Shown piece after piece: positions 17,475 through 25,032 of a stretch of DNA of 32,000 bases. The notes under the pieces are model-generated. The model made no database searches. It saw only the letters and a program-made list of their open reading frames with translations, and was not told where the DNA came from. The stretch is from Vibrio vulnificus CMCP6. GTDB lineage: Bacteria > Pseudomonadota > Gammaproteobacteria > Enterobacterales > Vibrionaceae. The stretch is from positions 2,721,127 to 2,753,126 of the forward strand of contig NC_004459.3 in assembly GCF_000039765.1 (NCBI RefSeq), read 5' to 3'. Both the position numbers and the translations under genes were made by a program. How positions within the stretch are numbered: the first letter of the stretch is position 1; each line of letters starts with the position of its first letter.

Positions 17475-18641
17475 ATGAAACCACAACTCTCACAATTGCA
17501 TGTGTTGAGACACGACAAATGGTTGTTGTCGTGTCTCACTTGGATCCCTATCCTGCTAGCGCTGTTGATTTGGGGCGTGTTCTCAGCGGGCATCGCTCGA
17601 GATTTGCCTATCGGCGTGGTGGATAACGCACACAGCACACTCTCGAGAAAGCTAACTCACATGCTGGATGCGTCATCCACGATGAGTGTCGACTATCAGT
17701 TTAGCGATGTACTGCAAGCCAAAAATGCCATGATCGAAGGAAAGGTTTATGCCTATGTCATCATTCCGGACCATTTCGATCGCGATATCTACCTGAAACG
17801 CGCACCACAAGTCTCGGTGTTTTATAACAGTCAATACATATTGATTGGCCGTTTGATCAATTCTGCCGTAGTGCAAGCCCAAGGCTTCTTTAATGCAAGC
17901 CTTGAGACCATGAAATCCTTGAGTCATGGCAATAGCACGGTACAAGGCGCTTTGGGGAACGCTGTCACCATTTCCACGCAAATTTCCCCTTTATTTAACC
18001 AAAACACCAACTATGCACAGTTTTTGGTTTCTGCTGTCGTACCGGCGATTTGGCAAATCATGATCGTTGTCTGTTCCATTCTAATTCTCGCCGCCAATTT
18101 GCGTGTGTATGCGAGAAAACCGGAACATCTTGATCGATGGCTGGGTACTCAACCATTCAAAGTCATCAGCAAAACACTCGCGGCTTACCTGCCCATCTTC
18201 CTCTTGCATGGTTTTGCTTTCCTATTTTGGTTCTATTTCATGCTTGATTGGCCATTCCAAGGCCATTTACTTCCGATCATGATCGCCCAGTTAGCCACCA
18301 CCATCGCTTGTATGATCATGGGCGCATTCTTTTTCTTCATGACATTGGATGCAGCGCGAGCCATGAGTTTCGCGGGCGCGTTTACTGCCCCAAGCTTAGC
18401 GTTTATGGGCATTACTTTCCCAGTTTCAGACATGGGTTCATTGGCGCAATTTTGGCGTAGTTTGCTGCCTATCAGTCACTACATCGAAGTACAAGTCGCA
18501 CAAGCCAGCTACGGGACGAGCGCGTTAACTTCGCTCACTCATTTGCTACCTATGGTCGGTTACGTACTGCCCGCCTTTTTGGCTGTGGCGCTGGCAAAAC
18601 GCCATCTAAAGAAAACGGAGGCGACAAATGTCCCTGTTTGA
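17475..18641 (+). CDS. ABC-2 type transporter permease (YbhS/YbhR/YhhJ-like)
   Basis: One N-terminal TM is followed by a periplasmic domain of about 150 aa and five clustered C-terminal TMs, which is the ABC2_membrane_3 architecture. Confidence 0.85.
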   Translation: MKPQLSQLHVLRHDKWLLSCLTWIPILLALLIWGVFSAGIARDLPIGVVDNAHSTLSRKLTHMLDASSTMSVDYQFSDVLQAKNAMIEGKVYAYVIIPDHFDRDIYLKRAPQVSVFYNSQYILIGRLINSAVVQAQGFFNASLETMKSLSHGNSTVQGALGNAVTISTQISPLFNQNTNYAQFLVSAVVPAIWQIMIVVCSILILAANLRVYARKPEHLDRWLGTQPFKVISKTLAAYLPIFLLHGFAFLFWFYFMLDWPFQGHLLPIMIAQLATTIACMIMGAFFFFMTLDAARAMSFAGAFTAPSLAFMGITFPVSDMGSLAQFWRSLLPISHYIEVQVAQASYGTSALTSLTHLLPMVGYVLPAFLAVALAKRHLKKTEATNVPV

Positions 18642-19773
18642 GTTGTTCAAAGCGGAGATAAAAGCCCTTTTCACCAACCCGGTGGTGACACTCACCGTCT
18701 TTGGTGGTGTGGTTTTCTATTCATTCCTATACCCGCTTCCGTACGCGAATCAAACCCCTCGGGAACAGACAATATCCGTCGTAAATCTCGACATGAGCGC
18801 CACGAGTCTCAAGCTGGAACGTATGGTCGATGCAACACCACAAGTGCATGTTGTCCGTCGCGACTATACGATTGAAGCGGCAAAACAAGCGTTCCTAGAG
18901 GGAAAAATCAGCGGCATATTGGTAATTCCAGAGCATTTTTATCGTGATTTGTTGCTTGGAAAAAGCCCGACACTCTCCTATGCAGGCGACGCCTCTTACT
19001 TTTTGGTCTATGGCACGGTGGTTGAAGGTCTGGCCCAGACCGGAGGCACTTTAGCTGCACAAGTGAAAGTCTCCAAACTGATCATGGACGGTGTGCCCCT
19101 TTCTCTGGCAGCCAACCAATACAGTGCGGTAAAGCTAAATCTGAAACCGACCTTTAACCCTACCATGGGATACGTTGAGTATGTTGTGCCCGCGGTGTTT
19201 GTGCTGATCCTTCAGCAGACCTTAATCATGGCGGCGGGTTTGATGGTTGGCACGCAAAAACATGGTCACGGATACTGGACTAGCCAACCTCGTTGGAAGC
19301 TACTCGCTGTTAGAACTCTGGTATTGGTTGGTGTGTACTACCTTTTAAGCGCGTACTATTTTGGTGCCAGCTTTACCATGCATCAGGTCAACACTTTAGG
19401 CCACGCTACCCAGCTGTTGGCGCTCTTGTTACCCTTCCTCATCGCGTCGTGTTTGGCTGGCTATTGGTTGGGCGAGCTGTTGCCGCGACGAGAGCTTGTC
19501 ACCCTCGTGGTGCTGATTAGCTCAATGCCACTGATCTTCTTAGCAGGTTTCATTTGGCCTGTAGAGATGATACCAACACCGCTACTATGGCTAGCACAAC
19601 TGAGCCCAAGCACCAACGCGATCAAAGGATTCTTAGCCCTCAATCAAATGGGCGCGAGTTGGCAACAAATCGCCAACTATTGGAGCACCTTGTGGTTAGT
19701 GGCCGCGTTTTGGTTGGTACTTTGTCTCTTCCAAACCGTTCAACAACGACGCGCAGCTAAAAGACTGGTTTAA
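18628..19773 (+). CDS. ABC-2 type transporter permease, paralogue of the preceding gene
   Basis: The architecture matches the preceding gene. GGAGG lies 6 nt upstream of the ATG, and the gene overlaps the upstream gene by 14 nt. Confidence 0.85.
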   Translation: MSLFELFKAEIKALFTNPVVTLTVFGGVVFYSFLYPLPYANQTPREQTISVVNLDMSATSLKLERMVDATPQVHVVRRDYTIEAAKQAFLEGKISGILVIPEHFYRDLLLGKSPTLSYAGDASYFLVYGTVVEGLAQTGGTLAAQVKVSKLIMDGVPLSLAANQYSAVKLNLKPTFNPTMGYVEYVVPAVFVLILQQTLIMAAGLMVGTQKHGHGYWTSQPRWKLLAVRTLVLVGVYYLLSAYYFGASFTMHQVNTLGHATQLLALLLPFLIASCLAGYWLGELLPRRELVTLVVLISSMPLIFLAGFIWPVEMIPTPLLWLAQLSPSTNAIKGFLALNQMGASWQQIANYWSTLWLVAAFWLVLCLFQTVQQRRAAKRLV

Positions 19774-19802
19774 CGGTCTAACACCCGACCATTGATATGC
19801 AA

Positions 19803-19830
19803 AAAGGCTCACTAATTTGAGCCTTTATCA
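19803..19830 (+). terminator. Terminator candidate after the efflux operon
   Basis: AAAGGCTCA-ctaatt-TGAGCCTTT is followed by ATCAATT, a weak T tract. Confidence 0.5.
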
Positions 19831-19951
19831 ATTGTGAGACAGGTAAAGATCGAGTGACTTAACACTTCTCACAGTAAAAACTTCGATCCATTGAGAATAT
19901 CTATAAGTTATAAACCACACATAATGATAAGTAGAAGAGCGACCATTTTTT

Positions 19952-21139
19952 ATGGAAAAGGATATCCATTCATCGATTAGTCGTTTTAGCCAACTTATTG
20001 ATTCTCTCTACCAAGCTCCTGTTCATCCTCGTGGATTCGAACCGTTTCTAGAGCAAATGGTGGGCGAATTTCGTTTGGCCGACGCAGTCTTTCATATTCA
20101 GTCAAACTACCGCGGAGAGCTGGTTTCAGGCTGGATGGCCGGCCCACAAATTGATGCCGTCATTGAATACATAGAGCAAGACCTCGCGCGCGGCAATATC
20201 ATTAACGACTTCATCGCCACAAACCCCATCGGGCGATTTTATTCTTTAGATAAACATATCGGTAGACAACACGACTTAACCCCGCAAGAGCAGAAAGTCG
20301 AAGACTGGTTTGACCGCCACGGTTTTTGCGATGTTGCTACCGCTTTGATTGGCCATGCAGATGGCAACATTGCCTTCCTCACTGTGCATCGAAACCAAAG
20401 TGAGTCACCACTGGATGAAACCGAACTTTATCTATTGGAAAAGCTGGTCCCTCACATTCAACGTGCCTTTACGCTTTATCAGCAGTTCAAAACCTCACAG
20501 CAATACACTAATAATCTTACCCAAATCATCAGCCAGTTGCCTCACGCAGCGCTGCTTTATGACAGCAAAGGCGCTTACGTTGCCGCTAATCACAAAGCGA
20601 AAGATCTCATCGCGTTGCAGGAAAACGTTAAGTTGTTACCTAGTGAGCTCAGCTTCCGTGACGCCAGATTACGCCATGAGTTTCTGCTCAATATTCAAGA
20701 AACACTGCATCTTGTCAGAGTCAAAAACCAGGATGCGTGTAAGGTGATGCATCTGTCTTCACAACGTGGTGGGCTAACGCTACTGTTTGTCGCAATCGGC
20801 TTGGAAGCGCAAACTATTCCACAAGGCTATCCTCTCGCCGCGGAATCCAATCAGCTTATGGAAGAAGGCATTGGCTGCATCATTTATCTCTACGATAGAG
20901 AAAAAAGTGCGACACTCAACCCGACTCTCCTCAAGCCGATTTTCAATTTTACCGATGCGGAAACCGAAGTTTGCCAATTGTTGACGTTAGGCTACAGCCG
21001 AGATGAAATTGCTCAACTCAGTTACCGCTCTCCTCACACCATCAAAGATCACATCAAATCTATCTACAGTAAAACCGGCACAGGCAAACAATCTGATCTG
21101 ATTGCCACCATTCTGACCAGTCCAGCACATACCCCCTAA
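19952..21139 (+). CDS. LuxR/GerE-family transcriptional regulator with a large uncharacterised N-terminal domain
   Basis: The C-terminal HTH reads TDAETEVCQLLTLGYSRDEIAQLSYRSPHTIKDHIKSIYSKTG. About 320 aa of N-terminal sequence has no motif I can name. The SD at 19952 is weak, so the start is uncertain. Confidence 0.8.
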   Translation: MEKDIHSSISRFSQLIDSLYQAPVHPRGFEPFLEQMVGEFRLADAVFHIQSNYRGELVSGWMAGPQIDAVIEYIEQDLARGNIINDFIATNPIGRFYSLDKHIGRQHDLTPQEQKVEDWFDRHGFCDVATALIGHADGNIAFLTVHRNQSESPLDETELYLLEKLVPHIQRAFTLYQQFKTSQQYTNNLTQIISQLPHAALLYDSKGAYVAANHKAKDLIALQENVKLLPSELSFRDARLRHEFLLNIQETLHLVRVKNQDACKVMHLSSQRGGLTLLFVAIGLEAQTIPQGYPLAAESNQLMEEGIGCIIYLYDREKSATLNPTLLKPIFNFTDAETEVCQLLTLGYSRDEIAQLSYRSPHTIKDHIKSIYSKTGTGKQSDLIATILTSPAHTP

Positions 21140-21152
21140 ATGGGGGATGTTT
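21128..21152 (+). terminator. Hairpin spanning the LuxR-gene stop codon (possible terminator)
   Basis: CAT(A)CCCCC-taaat-GGGGGATG is followed by TTT. The stop codon sits in the loop. Confidence 0.35.
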
Positions 21153-21189
21153 CATATTGACAAAATGAATTAATGTAAGTGCAAATATT

Positions 21190-21313
21190 CACTGATTTTT
21201 TAGCGTAGATGGCTGGAAATTGAGCAAGGATGGCTCATTTGAAGAACTCACATTTCGCTCTGGATATTGGGTTCTACTCTAAGTGGCTCCGGCACAGAGC
21301 CACTGAATTTTTT
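21190..21313 (+). ncRNA. Candidate small RNA (promoter-like box plus intrinsic terminator in an ORF-poor spacer)
   Basis: A perfect TTGACA lies at 21157-21162. The hairpin AGTGGCTC-cggcaca-GAGCCACT (21282-21304) is followed by gaaTTTTTT. The -10 element is poor (TGCAAA/GCAAAT), so the 5' end is only a guess. Confidence 0.25.
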
Positions 21314-21441
21314 CTTGCCATGAAATAGATGTGAATGACGAATTTCCGCACCTTCGTATTGCTGCCTTACTCCATCATCAATGTGACATGGAAGACAAGT
21401 AGCCAAGCATAAAAATAACACCGTCATTGGCTAGCGGAATA

Positions 21442-21472
21442 AACAAGGCCCAGCGTTACGCTGGGCCTTGTT
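21442..21472. terminator. Strong GC-rich hairpin downstream of the coiled-coil gene
   Basis: AACAAGGCCCAGCG-tta-CGCTGGGCCTTGTT forms a 14 bp perfect stem 26 nt after the minus-strand stop at 21498. The T tracts are modest on both sides. Confidence 0.6.
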
Positions 21473-21497
21473 GTTTCTGTTGGTATCAAAAAGAAAA

Positions 21498-22241
21498 TTA
21501 CTGCAATCCTAAATCTTGCGTAATGGTTCGAATTTGTTTCAAATCCATTTTGTACACTTCGATAAGCTGATCGATCTGGCTTAAACGGGACGACGCTTCA
21601 TCTTGTTTGTCACACGCATCTGACTTAGCATCCCAGGATTTCCCAGCCAAATAGACTTCACATTCACTCTTCAGCTTGTCAAAAGCGGGCACCAAAGTCT
21701 CGCGCTCTTTTTCCAACTTCTCAAGATCTTGGCTAATCTCCATCTCACGACGAAACAGCTCGCGAGATCGCTCAAACATATTCGCCTGCATATCCGCTTG
21801 ACGGTTGAGTTTTTCATTCTCAACTTGGGTAGAATCAATGCGAGACTGTTGTGTTTTCAATTGCCCTTCCAGAGCGATGTTAAGCTTTTCCATCTCTGTT
21901 AGTTGATTCTGCAACTTTTCGATTTCTGCCTGATGCTCTTTCTGACGAATTGCAAGTTCACTCTCCAACTTCGCATCCAGTTCTTTATCTAGCTCGGCTT
22001 CACGCGTTTGCAAATTTGCCACCAGCGTACTTCGATCATCAACGGTCGACTTATATTGCTGTTCTAGCGTCTGGTAATTTGCTTCCCATTTCTTGGCAGT
22101 AAAATGTGAGCCGAGTAATCCACCAAAGGCCATGCCTAAAATGGCTGCAACCGCTATATAGACAACCGTTTTGTTATCACGCTCTTCAATCACGACCACA
22201 TCATCTTGATCGTCATGATGATTATTTGACGATGTCACCAC
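21498..22241 (-). CDS. Bitopic membrane protein with a long coiled-coil domain (hypothetical)
   Basis: The GTG start has GGAG 6 nt upstream. The N-terminus is acidic, one TM is present (VYIAVAAILGMAFGGLLG), and roughly 190 aa of heptad-rich E/K/Q sequence follows. Confidence 0.7.
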   Translation of the reverse strand: MVTSSNNHHDDQDDVVVIEERDNKTVVYIAVAAILGMAFGGLLGSHFTAKKWEANYQTLEQQYKSTVDDRSTLVANLQTREAELDKELDAKLESELAIRQKEHQAEIEKLQNQLTEMEKLNIALEGQLKTQQSRIDSTQVENEKLNRQADMQANMFERSRELFRREMEISQDLEKLEKERETLVPAFDKLKSECEVYLAGKSWDAKSDACDKQDEASSRLSQIDQLIEVYKMDLKQIRTITQDLGLQ

Positions 22242-22267
22242 ATTTCACTCCAATATGAATTACTAAG

Positions 22268-22426
22268 CTACTTAATCAGCTCGCTCGCAACCAGAACAAT
22301 CGTATAGACGGCAAATATCCCTAGCAACGTCACAACAATCCCTTTCTGAATTTTTTCGTTGGTGCGATATCTCAGCAAAAAGTAAGCCAATACAATGAGA
22401 ACCACAATTGCTATCAGTCTTATCAT
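22268..22426 (-). CDS. Unlisted 52-aa two-TM membrane protein (MIRLIAIVVLIVLAYFLLRYRTNEKIQKGIVVTLLGIFAVYTIVLVASELIK)
   Basis: This is my own translation of the frame shifted by one from the track ORF 22272..22469. AAGGA lies 6 nt upstream of the ATG. Two clean hydrophobic helices are joined by a basic loop. The stop lies 26 nt upstream of the coiled-coil gene start. A sigma70-like promoter is present (TTGACG at 22495-22500, 16 nt spacer, TAGAGT at 22473-22478, minus strand). Confidence 0.55.
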   Translation of the reverse strand: MIRLIAIVVLIVLAYFLLRYRTNEKIQKGIVVTLLGIFAVYTIVLVASELIK

Positions 22427-22632
22427 TCTTCATCCTTACCGAACAAAACCAATCTATTAGCCTTTGCATTGTACTCTATTTCTCGCAGTGAACACGTCAA
22501 CTTCCGGTAGTTTTTTCTCGATTCGCGTAATAATTACTCAAACGATATTTTTGTTGATGACATCACAAAAGTTATTGGTTAGGATTCGCCTACAGATTGC
22601 CTGAATAGTTCAGGCAATTGTTCCGATGAAGG

Positions 22633-22848
22633 CTACAGGAGAGTGGTAATTAACCATATTTTAACATTTGGTTAGTCATACCCGCCGAAGAAGTAAATCT
22701 TTCAGGTGCAATATTCTTATTGGTTATATCAAGAGAATATGCGAGGACTGTAGTTGGAGGAACCTCTGGAGAGAACCGTTAAATCGGTCGCCGAAGGAGC
22801 AAGTCCTGCCCATGTGCAGGGTGAAACTCTCAGGCAAAAGGACAGAGG
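22633..22848 (+). ncRNA. Tandem glycine riboswitch (two aptamers) in the leader of the alanine/glycine:cation symporter gene
   Basis: Aptamer 2 (22763-22848) has P1 CCTCTG/CAGAGG and the cores GGAGAG, CGCCGAAGGAGCAA and CTCAGGCAAAAGGAC. Aptamer 1 (22633-22753) has P1 CTACAG/CTGTAG and the cores GGAGAG, CGCCGAAGAAGTAA and TTCAGG...GGAC. The genomic context matches the classic V. cholerae VC1422 element. Confidence 0.9.
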
Positions 22849-22992
22849 AGTGGAAAGTTATACCCCAACATGCACCTTTTCTTTTGTGGCTTGAGCTTTC
22901 GGCCGCAATGTTTTGCTTTGTTGGCCCATTTTAGATCCTCGATCTTTACCTTTCCCTCTTCTCCTTATTAGTTGTTTTATTAAGGGGAAATC

Positions 22993-24369
22993 ATGAACGA
23001 CCTTCAATCTTTACTACAAACTATCGATAGCTTTGTCTGGGGACCACCTTTGCTGATTCTTCTGGTCGGCACCGGAGTCTATTTCACATTTAGCCTAGGC
23101 TTAATTCAGTTTAAGCACCTACCGACTGCACTTGCGATGGTGTTTAGTAAAGACAAATCCACACAACAGCAAGGTGATGTTTCTAGCTTTGCCGCGTTGT
23201 GTACCGCCCTTTCTGCCACCATTGGTACAGGTAATATTGTTGGCGTGGCCACCGCGATTAAATTGGGTGGCCCTGGTGCTCTTTTTTGGATGTGGCTCGC
23301 CGCTTTGTTTGGTATGGCGACCAAATACGCGGAGTGCTTGCTGGCGGTTAAATATCGCAAAGTAGACGATAAAGGCCAAATGGTTGGTGGCCCGATGTAC
23401 TACCTTCAATACGGTGTCGGCTCTAAAGCATTAGCAATCATGTTTGCTATTTTTGCGCTAGGCGTTGCTTGTTTTGGTATCGGTACTTTCCCACAAGTTA
23501 ACGCGATTTTAGACGCGAGTGAGATTTCACTGGGCGTATCTCGAGAGATTTCTGCGTCGGTACTGACTCTGCTTGTCGCATTTGTCACATTAGGCGGCAT
23601 TAAATCTATCGCAAGCGTCGCGGGCAAAGTGGTTCCAGCCATGGCACTCTTTTATGTGTTGGCGTGTTTGAGTGTCATCATCATGAACGCCGATCAATTG
23701 CTCAACGCGATTGAGTTGGTCTTGGTTTCGGCATTTACCTCCACGGCGGCCACGGGTGGCTTCTTGGGCGCGAGTATCATGTTGGCCATTCAATCGGGCA
23801 TTGCTCGTGGTGTATTCTCAAACGAATCTGGTTTAGGAAGTGCGCCGATGGCAGCAGCCGCAGCCAAAACTGACTCTTGTGTGAAACAAGGTTTAATCTC
23901 AATGACAGGCACCTTCTTCGACACTATCGTTATTTGTACGATGACCGGTCTTGCTCTTATTTTGACGGGTGCTTGGCAAAGTGACTTTGCTGGTGCCGCG
24001 ATGACAACACATGCCTTTGCTGTGGGTTTACAAGCAGATACCTTGGGACCAATGTTGGTGTCAATTGGCCTGATGTTCTTTGCATTTACCACCATTTTGG
24101 GCTGGAACTATTACGGTGAGCGTTGCGTCGTATTTCTACTTGGTACCAGAGCAATCCTGCCTTACAAGATCATCTTTCTCGCATTGGTGGCTTCAGGCGC
24201 GTTTATGCAATTGGATATGATTTGGATCTTGGCCGATATCGTCAATGGTCTTATGGCAATTCCTAACCTTATTGGTTTGATCGCGTTGCGCCATGTGGTG
24301 ATTGAAGAAACGAAGCTGTTCTTCAATCCCTCTTCTCAGTCAGACGACTTTGACGCCGTTAAAGCCTAA
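22993..24369 (+). CDS. agcS: Alanine/glycine:cation (sodium) symporter, AGCS family
   Basis: The product is a 458-aa polytopic membrane protein with the AGCS signature ALSATIGTGNIVGVATAI. AAGGGGA lies 5 nt upstream of the ATG. Confidence 0.93.
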   Translation: MNDLQSLLQTIDSFVWGPPLLILLVGTGVYFTFSLGLIQFKHLPTALAMVFSKDKSTQQQGDVSSFAALCTALSATIGTGNIVGVATAIKLGGPGALFWMWLAALFGMATKYAECLLAVKYRKVDDKGQMVGGPMYYLQYGVGSKALAIMFAIFALGVACFGIGTFPQVNAILDASEISLGVSREISASVLTLLVAFVTLGGIKSIASVAGKVVPAMALFYVLACLSVIIMNADQLLNAIELVLVSAFTSTAATGGFLGASIMLAIQSGIARGVFSNESGLGSAPMAAAAAKTDSCVKQGLISMTGTFFDTIVICTMTGLALILTGAWQSDFAGAAMTTHAFAVGLQADTLGPMLVSIGLMFFAFTTILGWNYYGERCVVFLLGTRAILPYKIIFLALVASGAFMQLDMIWILADIVNGLMAIPNLIGLIALRHVVIEETKLFFNPSSQSDDFDAVKA

Positions 24370-24392
24370 TCGTTAAGTTCTAACACAAAAAA

Positions 24393-24425
24393 GCCCGCTG
24401 TCACTTCGTGATCGCGGGCGTTTTT
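24393..24425. terminator. Rho-independent terminator (usable from both strands)
   Basis: GCCCGCtGTCAC-ttc-GTGATcGCGGGC is followed by GTTTTTA and preceded by ACAAAAAA. Confidence 0.8.
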
Positions 24426-24468
24426 ATTGCTGTTGTGGATAGATGCTCTCAAGCACAATCTTGTCTGT

Positions 24469-25032
24469 TTAATCTCTTAGCCACTGCTCCACCTCAACGC
24501 CCTGCTTTTTGAAAAACGTCGGATGTTGCTGTTTAAATTGATCCGCTTTGATTTCGTTAATCGGCCATTGTGCAAAGCTTTCGATAATGAAGTCATCTTC
24601 AAAGCCAAATTCCAAGGACTTCAACTTGTTCCCAACATGGCGAAAGAGATAACCGTCACCACTAGCCTCACACTTCAACGGGACGTGCGTCATAGGCGCC
24701 CCATTTACCGAAACCGAGGCCCACTCACTAGAAGTCGCGTTACACTTAGCCGCTTTAAACACGTCAATTTCGAACTTGTTGTCCAACGTGGTTGAAACAA
24801 AAACCGCAATGTCATCTTCCAAATAGACTCGCCTCAATAGCAATTGTTTGGTGTCTTGAGTCCGAGTCTGTTGAATGCCATTCGAGAATGGCAGGAAATA
24901 CGCCCAATGCCACTGCCAGTCCATACCTTTCGACGCAAAATTTAACTGAGGCACAGTTTTCAAAGCGACAAAGGCAGCAAAGCCACTTAGAAAGATCACC
25001 GATACCAAAGAAACACTGGTGAGTAAACGCAT
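24469..25032 (-). CDS. Hypothetical exported or membrane-anchored protein (187 aa)
   Basis: The N-terminal hydrophobic signal/anchor is MRLLTSVSLVSVIFLSGFAAFVAL. The ATG overlaps the TGA of the upstream LysE gene (ATGA). I recognise no family. Confidence 0.65.
   Translation of the reverse strand: MRLLTSVSLVSVIFLSGFAAFVALKTVPQLNFASKGMDWQWHWAYFLPFSNGIQQTRTQDTKQLLLRRVYLEDDIAVFVSTTLDNKFEIDVFKAAKCNATSSEWASVSVNGAPMTHVPLKCEASGDGYLFRHVGNKLKSLEFGFEDDFIIESFAQWPINEIKADQFKQQHPTFFKKQGVEVEQWLRD

Noticed and set aside
21248-21427. A 59-aa minus-strand ORF with a lipobox-like LATC (MTVLFLCLATCLPC...)
   Set aside because: It has no SD and no positive charge before the hydrophobic stretch. It starts immediately after a 14-bp terminator stem and reads through the plus-strand terminator hairpin at 21282-21304.
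22272-22469. A 65-aa minus-strand ORF (MQRLIDWFCSV...)
   Set aside because: It is Cys/Arg/Asp-rich with no SD. The neighbouring frame gives a textbook two-TM small protein with an SD (22268..22426), which I report instead.
22668-22934. An 88-aa plus-strand ORF in the ORF track
   Set aside because: It lies entirely over the tandem glycine riboswitch and its expression platform. It has no SD and implausible composition, and the RNA element explains the conservation-type signals.
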